Of a stretch of 64,000 nt of DNA, positions 57,838 through 64,000 are shown one piece after another. Made by a program: the position numbers and the translations under genes. Origin of the DNA: Verrucomicrobiota bacterium (GTDB taxonomy: Bacteria > Verrucomicrobiota > Verrucomicrobiia > Limisphaerales > AAA164-E04); the NCBI GenBank assembly GCA_047947115.1, contig CP170459.1, positions 3,776,001-3,840,000 of the forward strand. Direction: 5' to 3'. Under the pieces are notes generated by a model. It was not told the origin of the DNA. It saw only the letters and a program-made list of their open reading frames with translations, and did no database searches. Positions within the stretch are counted from its first letter, which is position 1. Every line of letters begins with the position of its first letter.

Positions 57838-59799
57838 TTATTCTCTCAAGTTGGCGAGAAATTCGATCAGATCCCGGAATTCTGCTTTGCTTAAAACGTA
57901 TCGCAAATGATTCGGCATCGGGGATAGCCCCAATTCACGTGATCGAATATCTGATTTTCGAAGCGTCACGGGACCATCTTCCGGAGAAGTCAGCTCAACA
58001 ATTTCCGACGTTTCCCTTTTGAGCAAGCCTGCGAAAGCCTTTCCGTCGTTCATGGTCACCAGAAGGTTTTCATATCCGGGTGCAATCGCCTTATTGGGGA
58101 GTAGTAGAGCTTCCAGCAGATAGGTGCGATCGCGCTGGGATCCGATGGTGGCAAGGTTGGGACCCACCCCATCCCCCTCCAGTATGCCGTCGGTGATGGC
58201 TCCAGCCTGATGGCATCTGGAGCAGGATGCCTCAATTTTCTCGAGGAAGATGCTTTTACCTCGGTCTGCGTTGCCGCCTTCCAGGCAATCGTTATAGAAC
58301 CGCAATAATGCTTCATCGGAAAGTTCCGCTCCAGGTGTGTTGACCAATGGCTTGCCAGGGGAAGCAGGAATATGTTCGATACGGACAATTTGTGCATCCT
58401 TATTGTTTTCCCAGCCGGTTCCAAATTCGATGATATAAAGGGCTCCATCGGGACCCAATTCCATTTCTGCCGGCCGCTTTAGTTTGATATCAGGCGCGAA
58501 CGGTTCCAAACTCGGAGCGCCCTGTTCATCCGTGCGCACCGCCAGGATCCATCCGCGCTCCCATTCGTAGATAAACTGAACGCCGTCATATAGCGGCGGG
58601 AGTTTACGTTCCGATTCCAATTCAGCCTGATAATGATAAAACGGTCCGGCACAAGCGGTGCGTCCGCCACTGGCTGCGAGTGGAAATCGAATCGAAGGTG
58701 CGTATGGATACCAGATCCAGGCTGGGCGAGCGGGAGGAAGTTGAACCGGTCCAGTGTTCTGGGGGGAGTGGTTCTTGGGGCTGTTGACATCCTGTGCCGG
58801 ACCTGATGACCGGGTGTCAAAGTCGTATTGACGATAGGGTTTGTTGTCAGCGATCACGAAAGGCCAACCGAAGTTGCCGGCGGTTCGTGTGCGATTGATC
58901 TCATCGAATCCTGCGGGGCCGCGATTCGCATCGAGCTCGCGAGCGTCTGGCCCCACTTCGCCCCAACTGAGTGTTCCGGTCTCTTTGTCGATGGCGATGC
59001 GAAAAGGGTTACGGCATCCCATGACGTAAATTTCCGGTTTGGTGTTCGGTGTGCCAGGGGGAAACAGGTTCCCTTCTGGTATGGTGTAGGAGCCGTCTGG
59101 ATCGGGATGGATGCGCAGAATTTTTCCTCGTAGATCGTTGGCGTTACCGGCGGACCGTGCAGCGTCCCAAGGGTAGCGCCCATCACGGTAGTCCGTTGGA
59201 TTGTATCCGCTGGAAGCAAAGGGATTGGTATTGTCCCCGGTGGAGATGAAGAGATTGCCTTCGGCATCGAATGCAAGGGAGCCGGCCTCATGGCAACAGA
59301 CTTCACGTTGCACCGGGACCCGCAGCACGATTTTTTCCGAACCGAGATCGAGTGTGTCGCCTTTGAGCGTAAATCGGGAGACCCGGTTTTCGGGCACATC
59401 CCCCGCAGGGGAATAGTAGAGGTAGATCCATCCGGTTTTTTCGAATTCAGGAGCCAAGGTCAGTCCGATCAGGCCGGATTCCCAACTGCCATGATCCGGT
59501 CCCTGGGTGCTGCCCGGATTCAGGTTGCCGTGTACGTCCAATGTCGCAGCGAGCACGGTTCGTTGTGTGTCCGGTTTCCAGATTCGAACCTTGCCGAAGC
59601 GCTCCACAAAAAGCACACGACCATCGGGTAACACTTCGAGTTCCATGGGATTGTCGACATCGGTTTCCAATACGACTTTCCGGAACGTTGGAAGTGTTTC
59701 AGCTGAAGGCTGTGCCTTGAGGCTGGCCGCCCCAATGCAAAGCATGCCTGAACTTAAGATCAAACGTGTGTATAGATTGGCGAGTAAGGTTTGTTTCAT
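57838..59799 (-). CDS. PQQ-dependent glucose/sorbosone dehydrogenase-like propeller fused to c-type cytochrome
   Basis: CCHEAG, LFISTGDN, DLRGKILRI, YVMGCRNPFR, GNFGWP; CSRCH heme motif; SPMP. Confidence 0.88.
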   Translation of the reverse strand: MKQTLLANLYTRLILSSGMLCIGAASLKAQPSAETLPTFRKVVLETDVDNPMELEVLPDGRVLFVERFGKVRIWKPDTQRTVLAATLDVHGNLNPGSTQGPDHGSWESGLIGLTLAPEFEKTGWIYLYYSPAGDVPENRVSRFTLKGDTLDLGSEKIVLRVPVQREVCCHEAGSLAFDAEGNLFISTGDNTNPFASSGYNPTDYRDGRYPWDAARSAGNANDLRGKILRIHPDPDGSYTIPEGNLFPPGTPNTKPEIYVMGCRNPFRIAIDKETGTLSWGEVGPDARELDANRGPAGFDEINRTRTAGNFGWPFVIADNKPYRQYDFDTRSSGPAQDVNSPKNHSPQNTGPVQLPPARPAWIWYPYAPSIRFPLAASGGRTACAGPFYHYQAELESERKLPPLYDGVQFIYEWERGWILAVRTDEQGAPSLEPFAPDIKLKRPAEMELGPDGALYIIEFGTGWENNKDAQIVRIEHIPASPGKPLVNTPGAELSDEALLRFYNDCLEGGNADRGKSIFLEKIEASCSRCHQAGAITDGILEGDGVGPNLATIGSQRDRTYLLEALLLPNKAIAPGYENLLVTMNDGKAFAGLLKRETSEIVELTSPEDGPVTLRKSDIRSRELGLSPMPNHLRYVLSKAEFRDLIEFLANLRE

Positions 59800-59834
59800 G
59801 ATGACTGGTAGCGCTTGCGTGATACTATTTGCTA

Positions 59835-59988
59835 TTAACCGCAGATTGCACAGATTTTCGCAGATGTTTTAACAAAAGGCGGATTGTTTTTATCGGAATG
59901 TCCTTAGGTAAAGGTGACCGACAACCAAAACGCCATCATGGGCGTCATTTCATTATATCTGCGTTAATCTGTGCAATCTGCGGCTTAA
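59835..59988. repeat. Inverted pair of CAGAT-periodic repeats around about 91 bp (MITE-like)
   Basis: TTAACCGCAGATTGCACAGATTTTCGCAGAT (59835-59865) and ATCTGCGTTAATCTGTGCAATCTGCGGCTTAA (59957-59988); 25 of 27 core positions complementary. Confidence 0.8.
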
Positions 59989-60119
59989 AATAAGCCAATG
60001 ACACTGATTTCAAAGTATGCTGTGAATATCAATACTGCGTCAAGTTTGCAGCAAGATGGTTATGAAGGATTGCGGAGGTTTCCTTTGACCTGAGGGTGAG
60101 TTGTGAGGAGTATGGCTTT

Positions 60120-61310
60120 ATGCAACGCTCAAACGAAAACAGTAATGTACTTCATTTTATCTCACGAATGTTCCATTTCGTAAGGTTGATTGGTTTTCAA
60201 CTGTGGGTTCTGTTTGTTTGCTCATCGATGTGCCTTGGAAATGAATGGAATCTTCAATCACCGACAGATTTTCAGGTAGTGCAAAGAAACCAACTGCAGA
60301 GTGGGATGCTGCCTGTTGAAGGGGCCGTTGCCTGGTCCGCGGGTGGAGTTGGAAAACTGGAAATTCGTGTCAAGGATGCAAATCAAGGCCAATGGTCGCT
60401 GCTGGGCGATGTTGTCAGCGGTCATTCTTTTTCGTTTCTGCACCCGATGAAATCCGGAGGCTGGTACCGTCTTGAGTTGAGGATTGTTTCAAATGACCAA
60501 CTCGTGACTGACCATGTCATTGATCACGTCGGGGTGGGGGAGGTTTTCGTGGTTGCGGGCCAATCCAATTCCGCAAATCACGGTGAAGAAAAACAGAAAA
60601 CAACCACAGGCAGGGTGGCTTCCTTCGATGGGAAAAAAACTTGGCGCTTGTGTGAAGATCCCCAACCTGGCGCCAGTGGGCGAGGGGGAAGTTTTATGCC
60701 GCCTTTAGGGGATCTGCTTGCTCTTGAGTTGGAGGTTCCGGTGGGGTTCGTGGCTTGTGGTATCGGGGCGACAAGTGTGCGTGAATGGCTGCCTGAAGGT
60801 TTTCGTTTTCCAAACCCGCCGACATTGACCGGGCGTGTGAGACAACTCGACGATGGGCAATGGGCCAGTGATGGAAGGGCATACACCATGTTTCTTCAGT
60901 GCATGCAGGCCTTAGGCAAGCGCGGCTTCAGGTCTGTCCTTTGGCATCAAGGTGAAAGTGACGCCAACCAGAAGGATCCGACAAGAACGCTTTCGGGTTC
61001 CCTTTACCGGGATTACCTGAAAGCATTGATACAGTCTTCGCGCCGTGACATGGACTGGAACGTTCCGTGGTTCGTGGCACAGGTCAGTTATCATGTGCCG
61101 GGTGATGAAGCGTCACCCGATATCCGCGCCGCACAAGCCGCCCTGTGGCAGGATGGAACAGCCTTCCAGGGACCAGATTCCGATGCTTTGAAGGGAGTTT
61201 TGCGTGAAAACAATGGTCTGGGGGTTCATTTCAGCAGTGAAGGGTTGAAAGTGCACGCGAGTCGTTGGGCAGAGAAAATTCTTCCATGGATCGAGTCGTT
61301 GGAAGAGTGA
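60120..61310 (+). CDS. SGNH carbohydrate esterase (sialate O-acetylesterase/SASA domain)
   Basis: VGEVFVVAGQSNS, VLWHQGESD, GVHF; start uncertain (60120 or 60168). Confidence 0.88.
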   Translation: MQRSNENSNVLHFISRMFHFVRLIGFQLWVLFVCSSMCLGNEWNLQSPTDFQVVQRNQLQSGMLPVEGAVAWSAGGVGKLEIRVKDANQGQWSLLGDVVSGHSFSFLHPMKSGGWYRLELRIVSNDQLVTDHVIDHVGVGEVFVVAGQSNSANHGEEKQKTTTGRVASFDGKKTWRLCEDPQPGASGRGGSFMPPLGDLLALELEVPVGFVACGIGATSVREWLPEGFRFPNPPTLTGRVRQLDDGQWASDGRAYTMFLQCMQALGKRGFRSVLWHQGESDANQKDPTRTLSGSLYRDYLKALIQSSRRDMDWNVPWFVAQVSYHVPGDEASPDIRAAQAALWQDGTAFQGPDSDALKGVLRENNGLGVHFSSEGLKVHASRWAEKILPWIESLEE

Positions 61311-61345
61311 ATTCAAAAGGGGATTTAAAGATGAATACCCTTTAC

Positions 61346-63597
61346 ATGGAGGGGCAAGCTCCGTCTTGAACCCACTTCAGACCTTGTGGCATCGGAACGA
61401 TTATCAAGCTGCCGTGGAAACGCCTCAGGCCAACGGATACCCAAGACTTCCCCCGTTCCACCTATCTTGTTTAAGAATGCTTTTAGGAGGAGATATGGGA
61501 CGAGGTGGAACTCATCCCTCCGAGATGGAACAATGGAGGGGCAAGCTCCGTCTTGAACCCACTTCAGACCTTGTGGCATCGGAATGATTATCAAGCTGCC
61601 ATGGAAAAGCCGCAGGCCAACGGATACCCAAGACTTCCCGCGTTCCACCTATCTTGTTTAAGAATGCTTTTAGGAGGAGATATGGGACGAGGTGGAACTC
61701 ATCCCTCCGAGATGGAACAATGGAGGGGCAAGCTCCGTCTTGAACCCACTTCAGACCTTGTGGCATCGGAATGATTATCAAGCTGCCATGGAAAAGCCGC
61801 AGGCCAACGGATACCCAAGACTTCCCGCGTTCCACCTATCTTGTTTAAGAATGCTTTTAGGAGGAGATATGGGACGAGGTGGAACTCATCCCTCCGAGAT
61901 GACGAAATGGAGGGGCAAGCTCCGTCTTGAACCCACTTCAGACCTTGTGGCATCGGAACGATTATCAAGCTACCGTGGAAACGCCGCAGGCCAACGGATA
62001 CCCAAGACTTCCCGCGTTCCACCTATCTTGTTTAAGAATGCTTTTAGGAGGAGATATGGGACGAGGTGGAACTCATCCCTCCGAGATGGAACAATGGAGG
62101 GGCAAGCTCCGTCTTGAACCCACTTCAGACCTTGTGGCATCGGAATGATTATCAAGCTGCCGTGGAAACGCCGCAGGCCAACGGATACCCAAGACTTCCC
62201 GCGTTCCACCTATCTTGTTTAAGAATGCTTTTAGGAGGAGATATGGGACGAGGTGGAACTCATCCCTCCAAGATGACGAAATGGAGGGGCAAGCTCCGTC
62301 TTGAACCCACTTCAGACCTTGTGGCATCGGAACGATTATCAAGCTGCCGTGGAAACGCCGCAGGCCAACGGATACCCAAGACTTCCCGCGTTCCACCTAT
62401 CTTGTTTAAGAATGCTTTTAGGAGGAGATATGGGACGAGGTGGAACTCATCCCTCCGAGATGGAACAATGGAGGGGCAAGCTCCGTCTTGAACCCACTTC
62501 AGACCTTGTGGCATCGGAATGATTATCAAGCTGCCGTGGAAACGCCGCAGGCCAACGGATACCCAAGACTTCCCGCGTTCCACCTATCTTGTTTAAGAAT
62601 GCTTTTAGGAGGAGATATGGGACGAGGTGGAACTCATCCCTCCAAGATGACGAAATGGAGGGGCAAGCTCCGTCTTGAACCCACTTCAGACCTTGTGGCA
62701 TCGGAACGATTATCAAGCTGCCGTGGAAACGCCTCAGGCCAACGGATACCCAAGACTTCCCGCGTTCCACCTATCTTGTATAAGAATGCTTTTAGGAGGA
62801 GGTTAGGGGCGAGGTGGAACTCATCCCTCCGAGATGACGAAATGGAGGGGCAAGCTCCGTCTTGAACCTACTTCAGACCTTGTGGCATCGGAACGATTAT
62901 CAAGCTGCCGTGGAAACGCCGCAGGCCAACGGATACCCAAGACTTCCCCCGTTCCACCTATCTTGTTTAAGAATGCTTTTAGGAGGAGATATGGGACGAG
63001 GTGGAACTCATCCCTCCAAGATGACGAAATTGAGGGGCAAGCTCCGTCTTGAACCCACTTCAGACCTTGTGGCATCGGAATGATTATCAAGCTGCCATGG
63101 AAAAGCCGCAGGCCAACGGATACCCAAGACTTCCCGCGTTCCACGTATCTTGTTTAAGAATGCTTTTAGGAGGAGATATGGGACGAGGTGGAACTCATCC
63201 CTCCAAGATGACGAAATGGAGGGGCAAGCTCCGTCTTGAACCCACTTCAGACCTTGTGGCATCGGAATGATTATCAAGCTGCCATGGAAAAGCCGCAGGG
63301 CAACGGATACCCAAGACTTCCCGCGTTCCACGTATCTTGTTTAAGAATGCTTTTAGGAGGAGATATGGGACGAGGTGGAACTCATCCCTCCGAGATGACG
63401 AAATGGAGGGGCAAGCTCCGTCTTGAACCCACTTCAGACCTTGTGGCATCGGAATGATTATCAAGCTGCCATGGAAAAGCCGCAGGGCAACGGATACCCA
63501 AGACTTCCCGCGTTCCACCTATCTTGTTTAAGAATGCTTTTAGGAGGAGATATGGGACGAGGTGGAACTCATCCCTCCGAGATGGAACTATTGAGGG
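61346..63597. repeat. Tandem array B: 12 copies of a 187-bp REP-doublet-like unit
   Basis: ATGGAGGGGCAAGCTCCGTCTTGAACC recurs at 61346+187n (n=0-11; copy 10 starts ATTG), with a partial copy at 63590; copies differ at only a few sites. Confidence 0.98.
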
Positions 63598-63661
63598 CGG
63601 GGAAGTCCCCCTGAATATTTCAAACTTGCTACGGGATGCGGCTCGTTCTAATGCTTGGGGC

Positions 63662-64000
63662 ATGTTTTCAATGAGATTGTTATCCACATTGTTGAGTTGT
63701 GCCCTGGTATGCGCTCTGGTTGTGCTATCCGGATGTTGCACTTGTTCTAAAAAAGCGTCCTACTCGGAAGATCCCGGTACGGAGGGTGACGGTGATTTTG
63801 TGGTGGGTCCTGAGTATTCGATTGATCCGGATTTGACCGACAAGGGGAATCCCAAAGGAATGAGTTTTGAGTTCAGCATGAAGCTGGCGGACAGCAAGAT
63901 CTTTCGTGGCGACGATTCCACCCTTGAGCCTGAAAAAAAACCTGTTCGCACGGAGCGCAAGATCTTTGTGTATGTTCCCGCTGCATATCAGGACGGAACG
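63662..64000 (+). CDS. Lipoprotein, putative esterase (alpha/beta hydrolase, enterochelin-esterase-like); 3'-truncated
   Basis: Hand translation MFSMRLLSTLLSCALVCALVVLSGC...GNPKG...RTERKIFVYVPAAYQDGT; LSGC lipobox; runs off the window. Confidence 0.65.
   Translation, partial: MFSMRLLSTLLSCALVCALVVLSGCCTCSKKASYSEDPGTEGDGDFVVGPEYSIDPDLTDKGNPKGMSFEFSMKLADSKIFRGDDSTLEPEKKPVRTERKIFVYVPAAYQDGT

Noticed and set aside
61346..63597. CRISPR array interpretation of array B (and A)
   Set aside because: The whole 186-187 bp unit repeats, there are no unique spacers, and no cas genes are in the window
61325..63741. Many 63-141 aa ORFs on both strands within array B
   Set aside because: By-products of the DNA repeat, with no recognisable motifs and frame changing between copies

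Overview
Bacterial chromosomal window whose gene content (lamin-tail surface protein, DUF1080, prepilin-type H-X9-DG protein, cytochrome c/beta-propeller fusions, MoxR-vWA cluster) suggests Verrucomicrobiota or another PVC member (inference). It contains housekeeping genes (recO, ybeY, phoH, yggS, purH), carbohydrate and redox genes, a Phd/PIN toxin-antitoxin pair and an intact IS1182-family element. Two genes are missing from or split in the ORF track: a peroxiredoxin-like selenoprotein (WUPFC plus SECIS-like hairpin) and a 44-aa membrane peptide after an NSS transporter. The most striking signals are non-coding. (1) A family of 186-187 bp units bounded by two inverted GGAG-footed REP-like hairpins occurs as a 12-copy array (61346-63597), a diverged 4-copy array (10896-11667) and solo or half copies (10826, 17373, 56294), with compensatory base changes in the stems. 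(2) A GxxExxY PD-(D/E)XK nuclease gene is bracketed by hairpin-containing inverted repeats, and solo copies of that repeat lie at 18907 and 33428, suggesting a nuclease-associated mobile or dispersed repeat system. No CRISPR array, rRNA or tRNA was recognised. All alignments and counts were done by hand and no database searches were run.
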